Positions 9,173 through 18,285 of a stretch of DNA of 64,000 bases are shown piece after piece. The notes beneath the pieces are model-generated. The model did not search any database. It saw only the letters and a program-made list of their open reading frames with translations, and was not told the DNA's origin. Location of the stretch: positions 5,930-69,929 of IMG/VR virus record IMGVR_UViG_3300044713_000107; one strand, given 5' to 3'. This stretch comes from a virus. The position numbers and the translations under genes are program-made. The stretch's first letter is position 1. Each line of letters opens with the position of its first letter.

Positions 9173-9382
9173 ATGGCGACGGTGTACACAGTGCAGGCCG
9201 ACAGCAAGTCGGAAGCCACCACGGGGCTGGAGCAGATGTGCGTCGCTCTCGGTCTGGTGCCGATGGCGTCTGGGCGGGTCTTCGAGGTTCCGGGGCGCGG
9301 CGGCAGGTGGATGGCGCGTGCGGTGCCGGATCAGCAGCGGCAGCCGGGCCTCACGTGCACCCTGCCGAACGACGCGTCGTAG
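9173..9382 (+). CDS. Small hypothetical protein on opposite strand
   Basis: ATG 9173 (MATVYTVQADS); overlaps the 3' end of the convergent gene. Confidence 0.45.
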   Translation: MATVYTVQADSKSEATTGLEQMCVALGLVPMASGRVFEVPGRGGRWMARAVPDQQRQPGLTCTLPNDAS

Positions 9383-9813
9383 CAGCGCTCAGGCAGCCGG
9401 GTGGACTGATGGGGTTCGTCCCAGTCGAAAGGTGACGGCGCATCCAGTTGCTCCGCGAGGGCGCTGGCGAGATTGCCGAGCGTGGCTTCCATGGGCGTCC
9501 CGCCTTGGAGGAGGCCGCTCATCGTGCGCAGGCTTCCGGCAGCGGACCGCTTGGCCTCGGCGTAGGCCCGGAGTTCATCGTCGTGGGTGTCCGGTTCGGC
9601 CGGGCGCATCAGCTCCGCGCGAAGGTCTTCCAGCGGGCATCCCGCATCGCACCAGGTCTCGTCGCAGATCGGGCAGCAGGCCCCCTGCCAGCCGCCGCTC
9701 TCTGCGTCCCTGGCTGCTCCGAGGAGCAGCTCGCGCTCGTCGTCGGGCAGCCATGTGGCGGCCGTGCGCAAGGTCGCGATCGTGGTGCGCACGGCGGCGG
9801 GTAGCTCGGTCAT
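9331..9813 (-). CDS. Hypothetical phage protein (CCPIC, CRC)
   Basis: ATGA overlap; RBS AGGAG. Confidence 0.6.
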   Translation of the reverse strand: MTELPAAVRTTIATLRTAATWLPDDERELLLGAARDAESGGWQGACCPICDETWCDAGCPLEDLRAELMRPAEPDTHDDELRAYAEAKRSAAGSLRTMSGLLQGGTPMEATLGNLASALAEQLDAPSPFDWDEPHQSTRLPERCYDASFGRVHVRPGCRC

Positions 9814-9974
9814 GGCTGCTCCTGGCGGTGCTCGTTGCACCAGTCGGCGTGTTCCTGGGCGGCTTCGCGGGTGCCCCAGCGGCCGAGGACTTCGCCTTTG
9901 GTCTGCCTGTCGTAGACGAAATAGACCGGGGTGTGGTCAACGATGCGGCTGAAGGCCACGAAGCGGGCGCTCAC
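9810..9974 (-). CDS. Small hypothetical protein (54 aa)
   Basis: Manual translation VSARFVAFSRIVDHTPVYFVYDRQ...; overlaps at both ends. Confidence 0.6.
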   Translation of the reverse strand: MSARFVAFSRIVDHTPVYFVYDRQTKGEVLGRWGTREAAQEHADWCNEHRQEQP

Positions 9975-10579
9975 CTCGCCGCCTCCCACTTCCCCGTGGC
10001 CGGGTTGTAGCGCTGCCGGGGCGGTCCAGGCGGTGCAGCCGTTGGGTACGGAGCGACGAGCTTCACCGCCTGGTCCACGCCGAAGATGGACTCGATGCCA
10101 GCGAACGTCGGCTTGCCGTCGGCGGGCGGCTCGCTGGTGCCGTACAGCATCATGTTCTCCATGACGCGGTCCGCCTCTTCCCAGACGGCGCGGGTGACGG
10201 GGTCCATGTCGGCGAGCTTGGCCTGGTAGTCGGCCTCGATGTCCGCGAGGAGATCCCCGGTCGTCCGGGTGTCGGCGGCGGGGTCACGGCGCTGCCACTC
10301 CGGATGCTCTGCAACCCACGCGTCGGCGCACGGCTGGCAGGCGGGGACGGCGTAGATGTCACCAGACGACACGCGGCCAGCGAACCCGGTCACGGCCTCG
10401 ATGCCACACCAGGCGCAGTGGTCGCCGTGGCTCCGCTGGCAGTTCTCGTCGGCCAACCAGTAGCCGTGGTGGATGCTCATGCCGCCGTAGGAGCAGTGCT
10501 CGTGGCCTTCAAGGCAGTTCGCGACGGCCGCATCCCAGGCGGACTGGAGGACGGTCTCTTGCTCGCTCATGCGGTCCAT
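9971..10579 (-). CDS. Cys/His-rich hypothetical protein
   Basis: CAWC and CQPC motifs; start approximate. Confidence 0.6.
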   Translation of the reverse strand: MDRMSEQETVLQSAWDAAVANCLEGHEHCSYGGMSIHHGYWLADENCQRSHGDHCAWCGIEAVTGFAGRVSSGDIYAVPACQPCADAWVAEHPEWQRRDPAADTRTTGDLLADIEADYQAKLADMDPVTRAVWEEADRVMENMMLYGTSEPPADGKPTFAGIESIFGVDQAVKLVAPYPTAAPPGPPRQRYNPATGKWEAAR

Positions 10580-10619
10580 GATGCGCCTGCCACGCGGGTT
10601 GCTGCGTCGGGATATGAAG

Positions 10620-10653
10620 AGGCCCCGCTCGACGGGGGACGCGAGCGGGGCCT
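10620..10653 (-). terminator. Terminator hairpin after DUF2079 gene
   Basis: Perfect 12-bp stem aggccccgctcg / cgagcggggcct, followed by CTTC on minus strand. Confidence 0.7.
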
Positions 10654-10700
10654 GCTGGTCCAATTGTGCACGAGCAGAGGGCGACTGGTCGTGGTTCCGT

Positions 10701-12122
10701 TCAGTCTCCCACTCGCTTGAGGACGTACACGCCGTCCTGCTGGAACACGACCCGGTAGCTGCTGCCCGGATGCTCCTGATCAGCCCACGCGGTGACGTTG
10801 CGGACCTGCCACCACTGCGTGTCCATAGCGATGTACTGAGGGCGCGGATCAAACGCGATCCCCCGCCCGCCCTGCCACACAAACGTCGCCGTGTCCTTCG
10901 CAGCCAGGGCGGACAACTGCCCCGGGTCAGCCGCGACGGTCACACCAGGCGGGATCACGCGGTTGGCGGCCAGGAGCGCGGCGGTGTGCGGGCCATGAGG
11001 ATACGTTCCTGAATTGAGGAGATCAGAGAGACCCTGCGGGAGACTGAACGCGGCCACGACCGCCGCAGCGACCAGAACGCCAGGGGCCTGACGCGCGTAG
11101 GAGCGGGCCCACGGGCGCGGCGACATGATCAGACGCTGCCAGCCGTCGGCCGCGGCGAGGAACACGATCGGCATCAGCGGGGCCGAGTAGTGCCAGTACG
11201 TGTTCCAGTACTCGGGGTTCGACGATTCGAACCGCCACAGCAGTGTCGGCACGGCGAGGAGAAGCAGCGGTGAGCGCAGGCACATGAACCCGGTGATGCC
11301 GAGGACCCAACCCAACGTCTGCACCTTGATGGCGGGCCAGACGAGCGCGGCCAGCAGATGCCAGCCACCGCCAGGAAGTTCCGTGAAGTAGGCGTAGTGG
11401 TGGTGCGGGTTGAACATTGGGATCAACACGAACACCTCCGCGAGCGTCGCACCCACGCCAACAAGGGCGAGGAGCGACCCGAGGAGCCGGCGCCCATGCT
11501 GCCACGCCAGCAGCACGCCCAGGGCGGCCACTGTCAGGCCCAAGTCCTCCTTGACCAGCAGCAGCGGCAGCGACCACACCGCAGCCCGCTCCGGACGACC
11601 CAGCAGCAACTGACGGCCCACCACAGCCAGCACGGGGACAGCGAACGCGATCTCGTGGAACCCCGCAGCGACAGCCTGTGCCAACCCCCACGCCAGCCCG
11701 TATGCGACGGTCAGGCACGCGCCCCGGGAGCGGCCCAGGAGACGCACTGCGGTGTCGCCGACCACGCCGACTGAGCTGCCGAAGAGGACGGCCTGCGCGG
11801 TCACGAGCATCAAGGGCGACGGCCACACCCACCACACGGGCGCGAGTAGGGCAATGATCGGCGACCAGTGATCACCGAGCAGATTCATGCCCTTGATCGG
11901 ATCCCACGGCGCGCCATGCGTCGCCCAACCCTTCACGGCCTCCGTGAAGATGGCCGTGTCGTACGTGTAGTCGTCGCCGCGGACCGTCCGGCACACCGCG
12001 AGGATGACCCAGGCTGCGGTGAATGCGAACGCGAGCATGACTGGCGTCGACGGGCGATGCGGGAGGCGCGCCTTGAGCGGGTGCAGGGCGATGGGTCTGG
12101 CAGGGTCACTAACGGAAGTCAC
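10701..12122 (-). CDS. DUF2079-family polytopic membrane protein (putative GT-C glycosyltransferase)
   Basis: YDTAIF, LLGDHWSPI, FHEIAFAVP, LLVKED, HYSAPL motifs; many TM helices. Confidence 0.82.
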   Translation of the reverse strand: MTSVSDPARPIALHPLKARLPHRPSTPVMLAFAFTAAWVILAVCRTVRGDDYTYDTAIFTEAVKGWATHGAPWDPIKGMNLLGDHWSPIIALLAPVWWVWPSPLMLVTAQAVLFGSSVGVVGDTAVRLLGRSRGACLTVAYGLAWGLAQAVAAGFHEIAFAVPVLAVVGRQLLLGRPERAAVWSLPLLLVKEDLGLTVAALGVLLAWQHGRRLLGSLLALVGVGATLAEVFVLIPMFNPHHHYAYFTELPGGGWHLLAALVWPAIKVQTLGWVLGITGFMCLRSPLLLLAVPTLLWRFESSNPEYWNTYWHYSAPLMPIVFLAAADGWQRLIMSPRPWARSYARQAPGVLVAAAVVAAFSLPQGLSDLLNSGTYPHGPHTAALLAANRVIPPGVTVAADPGQLSALAAKDTATFVWQGGRGIAFDPRPQYIAMDTQWWQVRNVTAWADQEHPGSSYRVVFQQDGVYVLKRVGD

Positions 12123-12189
12123 AATTCCCCCTGATTGCTTTCACGTTCCGTTTAATCAAGGTAGACGGCAGCACCGACGAACGAGCGGG

Positions 12190-12771
12190 TTACTGCCAGG
12201 GCGCGGGGCCGGTCCGGCTGGCCCAAGCGGCGAGGGCGTGTTCGTCGAGGAGCCGTAGCCCGACCCGCTTACCGAACGAGGCAGCGTCCTGCGTGAACGA
12301 CGACGTGGTCACGACCGCCGCCAACTGCGCGCCGTGGATGTCGCGGTAGGTCCCGTTCACGGCCTGCAAAGCGGGGGACCGGACGGGGTTGCCGCGGGCG
12401 TACCGCTTCGCCTGGATCAGGATCCGGCGCCCGTCCGGGGCAGTCGCGAGGACGTCAGCGGCGAGGTCACCGCCTCCGCCGACACGCTCGACGTTGCGGC
12501 ATCCGTCGCGGCGGCAGAGGTCGGCGAGGGCGTACTCGAACTGGGTGGGGTCCATCTGCTGAAAGCCGACGATGGCGCGGGCCCGGGTGAGCTTGTGGCG
12601 ACGGTGGTGGTGTCGGCGTCGCACGATCAGGGCGCTTGCCGCGAAGCAGCCGGCCGTGCACAGCACGACAGCGAGCGGGTGCTGCAGGATCGGCCACGCG
12701 ACCGCGAACAGGACCAGGAACGCGATCAGACCGGGGCCGGCGTGGTGCCGGTGCCTCCGTATCCGCCTCAC
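12190..12771 (-). CDS. Membrane-anchored Mrr-like restriction endonuclease
   Basis: QFEYALADL, GGGGDLAADV, ILIQAKRY, VVTTSSFT; two N-terminal hydrophobic helices. Confidence 0.88.
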   Translation of the reverse strand: MRRIRRHRHHAGPGLIAFLVLFAVAWPILQHPLAVVLCTAGCFAASALIVRRRHHHRRHKLTRARAIVGFQQMDPTQFEYALADLCRRDGCRNVERVGGGGDLAADVLATAPDGRRILIQAKRYARGNPVRSPALQAVNGTYRDIHGAQLAAVVTTSSFTQDAASFGKRVGLRLLDEHALAAWASRTGPAPWQ

Positions 12772-12779
12772 TGCCCTCT

Positions 12780-13223
12780 TCACCGCCTGCCCCCGATGCT
12801 GAAGCTGGAGTTGTCGCCGATCTTTACGTTGGAGATCCGGATGCCGCCCGCCACCTTGAGGGCGACGATCGCGACTGCGGCGAGCGCCACGGCGATGCTG
12901 ATCGCGACGACGGCGTGCTCGGCCATGCTCAACCCCTTGAAGAAGACCCACGATCCGCACTCGACGAGCGCCAGGCCGGCGCACCAGCAGAACCCCATGA
13001 AGCCGCATCCGTGCATGCGCGCGGGCAGCGGGTCGTAGGCGGGAAGCGGCTGGGGTTCGGGGTCGGGCTGGTAGTAGGCGATGCCGTTGGCGTCGTGGAG
13101 GACGCGGACACGGGCCGGGGCCGGGATGAGCGGCTGCGGCGTGTAGACGGCCGGGGTGCTGGTGGGCTGCGGGTCTTCGTACGCGGCCCAGTCGAAGACC
13201 TCCTCGCTGCGGTGGTGCTGCAT
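12780..13223 (-). CDS. Two-TM membrane protein (Spd-like candidate)
   Basis: Overlaps traB stop; two C-terminal hydrophobic helices. Confidence 0.6.
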   Translation of the reverse strand: MQHHRSEEVFDWAAYEDPQPTSTPAVYTPQPLIPAPARVRVLHDANGIAYYQPDPEPQPLPAYDPLPARMHGCGFMGFCWCAGLALVECGSWVFFKGLSMAEHAVVAISIAVALAAVAIVALKVAGGIRISNVKIGDNSSFSIGGRR

Positions 13224-15370
13224 CACTGCTCCTGGATGTGGTCGGTGTGGATGTAGTTGGTGCGCTCCCCGCCCGGCTGCACGATCTTCGGCTCGGCCTT
13301 CAGCCACGTGGTGACGGTCTGCCGGGACGGCGCCTTCGCGTTCGGGAACACCGCGCGGAAGGTGTCGAGGATGCCCTCGGGGTTGATGCCTTCCGGGCCG
13401 GAGGAGCGGACGATGCCGTAGACCTGGGGCCAGCGGTCGTCGCTGCTGATGCCGGGGGTGGGCGAGTTCGGACTGGCTGCGGGCGCGGGGGTGTCGTCAG
13501 TGGGGGGCGTCCAGACGCCACCGGCGCCTTCGACGATGTCGCGGAACTGGCGCTCCAGGTCGGCGTCACGGCTGGCGTTCTCGTCCATCGTCTGGTGCAA
13601 GTCCCGCTTCGCCGCATCCGCCTGGTCGATCACAGACTGCGCCTCGGGAGCCAGCGGCCCGGCCTCCGGCTTGCCCCAGTCGGCGGTGACGCTACGGCGG
13701 CGCTCGGGCCGATCCCCGACGATGCTCGTCAGGCCTTCCTCAACTGGGAACGGCGCGGAGCCGAGGCCGAAGAGGTGGTCCGTGTTCTCCCACCGCTTCT
13801 CGTAGGCGTCGCCTGCGGCTTTGCGGGACAGGTCGTCAAGGTCGGGGTGGCGGTCGCTGGTGGCCTTCACGATGTCGGCGATCTGGTTCGGCAGCATCCG
13901 GTACGCCTTGAACGGCCGCGCGGGCTCGTCCAGGATCTTCACGAAGCCGCACCCGGGGTAGGGGGCGTCGTCGGTGCTGATCCGGTCGGACCAGCCGAAC
14001 AGGTACGACATCTCCCGCTCGTCGGACTTCATGCCGATCTTCAGGCCGGACTGGGCCAGCAACTGCGGCTCGCTGATCACATCCTGCGTGGCGCGCAGCG
14101 CGGTGATGAGCGCGTTCACGGCAACGGCGCGGGCGAGCTCGACGACCTGGATGAGGGTGTCGCCGGTCTCCTTCAGGATCTCGTTCTTGCGGGCCTTCGG
14201 GGAGAAGATCTCCGCGATCTCATCGCCGACGATCATGATGCCGGGGACTGCGGCGCACACCGGCAGCTTGTCGTCGTTCGCCTCCAACTCCAGGTGCTTG
14301 TAACCCGGCTTGCGGGCCTTCGCGATCCGCAGCGCGGCCTTCGCCATCGCCAACGCCTTCGCCGGAGTGTCCGCAACCCAGTCGATCGGCGGCTTACCCG
14401 GGCGCCCGGCCTTCTCCCACGCGTGCAGCCACGCCAGCGCGAGACCACCGCCGTTGAGGTCGATCACCCACGTGATGTTGTCGGTCATGCGGACCAGGCC
14501 CGCGACCTCCACGTTCGACAGGTTCGTCTTCCCGGAGCCCTTACGTCCGGCCATGAGCGTCGACAGCTGCCGCAGTGACGGAGCAACGCGCGCACCGTCC
14601 CGGTACACGCCCATCGGCAGGCCGTCGTTCAAAGACAGCGGCGAGTAGTCCGCCGGGTAGGGCTCATCCCCGGCGAGCCGGTTCACGGTCGCCACGTTGA
14701 TCAGCACAGCACCGCGGTGCGCACCCGGGCCGACCTCAACCCCGCAGCCCTCGGGCAGCTTCGCGTCGGCGGCGAGGCCGTCCTCGAACGCCTTGAAGTC
14801 ACGCCACTTCGTGCCGTTGGAGCACTCCCCATCGAGGGTGAACCCGCCGCCGGACTCCCACTGCTCAACGCCGACGATCTGCACGGTCGCACTGGTGCAC
14901 ACCCGGGTCAGACGCTCGGTCCACTCGTCGGCGACCGCGCGCCGCTTGGCGTCCATGCTGGCCGCACGCTCAATCGCCTCGAAGCGGGCCCGTTCGTCGG
15001 CCTTCACCTCCTCGTGGTGGCGTGCGCCCTCGATCGCGGCACCGAGACCGATGCCGCCTGCGATCAGCGCGCCAATCGCCTTGCCCGTCCAGGGACCTTC
15101 AACGGTCGCCCACGAGCACCAGCCGCCGACACCCAGCCACGTGGCGGCACGCATGATCAGGGCTGAGCGGGGGATCCGCTTCTTCCGTCCGGCATACATG
15201 CTGCCGACCAGTCCGGCGCCAGCAGCACCGGCGAGCCAGCCGGGGCCGAGGTGGGCAAGGTGGTGATGGGCGAGTTCGTAGTCGGCCCAGGCAAGCGTGA
15301 GGCTCGTCCAGGTGGCGTTGATGGGGCCGGCGACGGGGCCGTGTCCGGCGTCCCAATCGATGTGCACCAC
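13223..15370 (-). CDS. traB: TraB-like FtsK/SpoIIIE conjugative DNA translocase
   Basis: N-terminal TM helices, Walker A GRKGSGKT, Walker B IVGDE, ATQ and arginine-finger GCGF region, C-terminal winged-helix-like segment. Confidence 0.88.
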   Translation of the reverse strand: MVHIDWDAGHGPVAGPINATWTSLTLAWADYELAHHHLAHLGPGWLAGAAGAGLVGSMYAGRKKRIPRSALIMRAATWLGVGGWCSWATVEGPWTGKAIGALIAGGIGLGAAIEGARHHEEVKADERARFEAIERAASMDAKRRAVADEWTERLTRVCTSATVQIVGVEQWESGGGFTLDGECSNGTKWRDFKAFEDGLAADAKLPEGCGVEVGPGAHRGAVLINVATVNRLAGDEPYPADYSPLSLNDGLPMGVYRDGARVAPSLRQLSTLMAGRKGSGKTNLSNVEVAGLVRMTDNITWVIDLNGGGLALAWLHAWEKAGRPGKPPIDWVADTPAKALAMAKAALRIAKARKPGYKHLELEANDDKLPVCAAVPGIMIVGDEIAEIFSPKARKNEILKETGDTLIQVVELARAVAVNALITALRATQDVISEPQLLAQSGLKIGMKSDEREMSYLFGWSDRISTDDAPYPGCGFVKILDEPARPFKAYRMLPNQIADIVKATSDRHPDLDDLSRKAAGDAYEKRWENTDHLFGLGSAPFPVEEGLTSIVGDRPERRRSVTADWGKPEAGPLAPEAQSVIDQADAAKRDLHQTMDENASRDADLERQFRDIVEGAGGVWTPPTDDTPAPAASPNSPTPGISSDDRWPQVYGIVRSSGPEGINPEGILDTFRAVFPNAKAPSRQTVTTWLKAEPKIVQPGGERTNYIHTDHIQEQ

Positions 15371-15409
15371 GGCTGTGCAGTCCTTTCAGGAGGTGAGGGT
15401 GAGCTGGGG

Positions 15410-16822
15410 TCAGGACAGGTTGGTCGAGACGTCCCACATGCGCTCGCCAGCGATGCCCTTGCGCGGGTTCTCCAGGCGGGCGAGGTCGACCTGGTGGAGG
15501 CTCTTGAACGCGGGCTGCAGCTCGGCGGCGAGCTCGGAGGCCTTCAGCTGGAGACCGTGGATCTGCTTCATCAGGTCGACGATCTGCGGGTCGAGGGGGT
15601 GCTGGGCGTCGGCCTTGTCGACGGTGACCCTCATGGCCTCGGCAACGAGCTCCAGGCCCTCCTGGAGTCCGGCGAAGTCGGCGCCGACCTGGAGCATGCC
15701 GGTGGGTTCGTAGGCGGCTGCGGCGCGGGCCATTTCCATGGCGGGGCCGGTGAAGTGGTGGCCGGGCATGAGGGTTCCTCCGTTGGCGGTTCGGGTGATC
15801 TGGTTGGTGGGCTTGCGGACGACGGACGAGATGGTGGGTTCGGGCTTGGCCGGGTCGGTGGTCTTGTTCTTGCGGTTGGCGCGGTGCTGCTTCCATGCGG
15901 CCCAGGCTTTGGCGAGGCCCTTCTTGATGGACCAGTGGCGCAGCGTGCCCCACACGCCGGTGCGGATGGCGCGGAGGGCGTCGGCGGTGAACCCGCGGGA
16001 CTTCCGTCCGGCTTTCTTCGCGGCAGCCCACGACTTGGTGCGCAGCGGCTTGCTGGTCTTCCACGCCTTCGAGGCACCGGCACCGGCGAGGCGACCGGCA
16101 CCCGCGGCGGCGCGCCCGACGTGACCAGCCGTGGTCTTCGCGGCACGGCTGGCGGCGGACGGGCTCGTCTTCGAGGACTTCTGGGAGCGGTTCGAGTTGC
16201 TGCCGTTGGAGCCGGCGGAGCTGCCTCCATCGCGGCGGTTCCTGGTTCGCTGCGAACCAGGACCGCTAGCCGTGCTTCCGGTTCCGCTTCCGTGCGAACC
16301 AGCGCCCGCAGGCGAGCCGGAACCAGACCGCGAACCACCGCCGCTGGAACCTGCGGAACCCGTTGAGGTACGCCACGGCGAACCAGCCGCCGAGGTTCGC
16401 GAACCACCCGACCCGGAACCACGCGAACCCCAGCTCGAACCCGTGCCGGAACCGCCCCACGAACCGCCGCGTGAACCACCGGAACCGAACCCGCCGGAAC
16501 CGAGCGAGGACCGGCGCCGAACCTGACGGCGCCGGCGAACCACAGCCGCCACCGCCCCCAACGCAACCACCCCGCCAGCCGCGGCCAGCGCGGGCAGACC
16601 ACCCGCCTCCGCCGCAGCCGTCAGGCCCATCGCGGTCGCGTTGCCGGTCGCAGCGAGCGCCGGCCCGGCGGGGATGCCGCGCTTCTTCGCGGGCTTCTCC
16701 TTGGCCTCCTTCGGCTCCGCAGCCTGCTGCCCGGCGGGTACAGCCCACCCGGCGGTGAGAGTCGGCGCGGGGATCGTGATGGTGGCCGGCTCCGGGGCGG
16801 GCGCGACCTGAGTGTCCGCCAC
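15410..16822 (-). CDS. TraA-like transfer accessory protein (TM, Gly/Ser linker, helical C-terminus)
   Basis: RBS AGGGAGG; directly upstream of traB; C-terminal RMWDVSTN motif recalled from actinomycete plasmid tra operons. Confidence 0.6.
   Translation of the reverse strand: MADTQVAPAPEPATITIPAPTLTAGWAVPAGQQAAEPKEAKEKPAKKRGIPAGPALAATGNATAMGLTAAAEAGGLPALAAAGGVVALGAVAAVVRRRRQVRRRSSLGSGGFGSGGSRGGSWGGSGTGSSWGSRGSGSGGSRTSAAGSPWRTSTGSAGSSGGGSRSGSGSPAGAGSHGSGTGSTASGPGSQRTRNRRDGGSSAGSNGSNSNRSQKSSKTSPSAASRAAKTTAGHVGRAAAGAGRLAGAGASKAWKTSKPLRTKSWAAAKKAGRKSRGFTADALRAIRTGVWGTLRHWSIKKGLAKAWAAWKQHRANRKNKTTDPAKPEPTISSVVRKPTNQITRTANGGTLMPGHHFTGPAMEMARAAAAYEPTGMLQVGADFAGLQEGLELVAEAMRVTVDKADAQHPLDPQIVDLMKQIHGLQLKASELAAELQPAFKSLHQVDLARLENPRKGIAGERMWDVSTNLS
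16250..16501. repeat. Polar GAACC/CGGAACC repeat cluster 1
   Basis: About 17 GAACC, including CGGAACC at 16318, 16354, 16414, 16447, 16480, 16495, all in one orientation. Confidence 0.85.
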
Positions 16823-16836
16823 AGCGGGCCTCCCTT

Positions 16837-16935
16837 GGTGTCGTCGTCGGTGTCGTCGTCAAGCGGGATGGGGTGTCATGGGCGCAGGTGGAGGGGGTGA
16901 TCTAGGTGGTGTCGTCGGGCGACGACGACACCACC
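16837..16935. repeat. Intergenic GGTGTCGTCGTC direct repeats plus 13-bp hairpin
   Basis: 12-mer at 16837 and 16849, 10-nt partial at 16908, inverted copy 16921-16932; hairpin 16905-16935. Confidence 0.8.
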
Positions 16936-16939
16936 ACCA

Positions 16940-17830
16940 TCAGTTGGGCGGGCTCTGCTCGTTGGCCTCAGACCAGGCGGTGCGGGCCTCGACGAGCCGG
17001 TTGTAGGAGGTGGTCTTGGACCATCCGGTCTCGTCCATGACGAACTTGAGCTTCACCGTGTCGAAGCCGTGCTCGTCGATCAGGTCGAGGATCTGCCGGA
17101 CCTGCTCGGTGACAGGCGGTATGGCCGGCTGCTGTCCCGAGTTGGCGGCCGGCGCGAGCGCAGGGCGGGCAGCGGCGGCGTTCGGCCTGGTTCGCTTGGG
17201 CTGGTTCCGGACCAGGCTCGGGCCAGTAGCCGGAACCTGCTTCAGGGTGGGCTGCTGAACCGGGTTCGGAACCGTCGACGGAACCTGCGGTGCTGCCGGG
17301 TTCGGAACCTGGGCGGTCGTCTGGCTCACGGGGTTCGGAACCTGGTTCGCCGGGGTTCCAGCGGGCTGGTTCGGAACCTGCGCGGTGGGGTTCGCCGGAA
17401 CCTGAACCTGTGCCGTCACCGCAGGGTTCGGAACCGTCTCCGCGAGCGCGGTTCGGGATTCCGCTTCGGGGTTCGCATGGACTACCGTCTCGGCGAGCGC
17501 GTGGACTCGCCAGATCGTCAACGGAACCAGGATCGACACGAACGCGACGAGCGTGACGGACACCTGAACCTGTCCGGCATCGAGGAGACGGGCGGCGATC
17601 TGAGCGCACGACATGATCGCGAGAGCGAACGCCAAATCCGGGCGACGCCCAGCACGAACCGCAGCCACGACGTACGCGTCGATCGCGAGAGGAAGCGCCG
17701 GAGCAACCCACGACGGGGCGCCGATGATCCGGGCCAGCTGCCACTCGGAGACTGCCGTCCACACGACGCCGGCTGCGACCGACAGGCGGACGAGCCAGAC
17801 AACGGCCGTGTCCCTGGCTCGTTCGCTCAT
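16940..17830 (-). CDS. SpdA/DUF2637-like membrane protein with QVPNP repeats and C-terminal HTH
   Basis: Four TM helices, ALPLAIDAYVVAA motif, C-terminal VMDETGWSKTTSYNRL. Confidence 0.7.
   Translation of the reverse strand: MSERARDTAVVWLVRLSVAAGVVWTAVSEWQLARIIGAPSWVAPALPLAIDAYVVAAVRAGRRPDLAFALAIMSCAQIAARLLDAGQVQVSVTLVAFVSILVPLTIWRVHALAETVVHANPEAESRTALAETVPNPAVTAQVQVPANPTAQVPNQPAGTPANQVPNPVSQTTAQVPNPAAPQVPSTVPNPVQQPTLKQVPATGPSLVRNQPKRTRPNAAAARPALAPAANSGQQPAIPPVTEQVRQILDLIDEHGFDTVKLKFVMDETGWSKTTSYNRLVEARTAWSEANEQSPPN
17231..17435. repeat. Polar CGGAACC repeat cluster 2
   Basis: CGGAACC at 17231, 17267, 17279, 17303, 17336, 17372, 17396, 17429; five occur as GGTTCGGAACC. Confidence 0.85.
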
Positions 17831-17901
17831 GATGGTTCTCCCTCTCGGGTAGGTGCCGGGCAGCGGGGGGACTGCCCGGCGGACTGTGGTGGGCTGGCGT
17901 G

Positions 17902-18153
17902 TCAGGAGGTGGTGTCGTCGGAGCTGGGCCCGGTCTCGATGGCGGCGGCGATGCGGGCGTATGCGGCGGCGAGGGCGGTGTGGGCGTCGACGGTCCGCAT
18001 CTGGTGGGCCTGTTCGCGCTCGGGGTAGCTGCGGCGGAGGAGCTTCGCGGCTTCGTGGGCGTGTTCGACGGCTTTGGTGAGGAGCTCCTCGCGCTTGGGT
18101 TGGTGGTCGCCGAGGTTGATGCGGACTCGGCTGGTGGGCTTGTTGTCGGCCAT
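17902..18153 (-). CDS. Small helical hypothetical protein
   Basis: RBS GAAGGA; inside tra operon. Confidence 0.6.
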   Translation of the reverse strand: MADNKPTSRVRINLGDHQPKREELLTKAVEHAHEAAKLLRRSYPEREQAHQMRTVDAHTALAAAYARIAAAIETGPSSDDTTS

Positions 18154-18285
18154 GCGGGTCCTTCCGTCGGGGTGGGTGGCTTGGGGTCCCGGGCGCGGGC
18201 TTTGCGGTGGGGGAGCCGTGTGGACTCGCGCCCGGGGGTTGGCGGTCGGGTGGTGCGGCCGGTTTCATCCGCACGGCCCGACCAG

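Noticed and set aside
12125-12190. Dedicated promoter for the DUF2079 gene
   Set aside because: A TACCTT -10 is present but no convincing -35; not listed as a feature.
16250-17435. Repeat clusters as a CRISPR array
   Set aside because: Repeats are 5-11 bp, irregularly spaced and inside genes; no cas genes seen.
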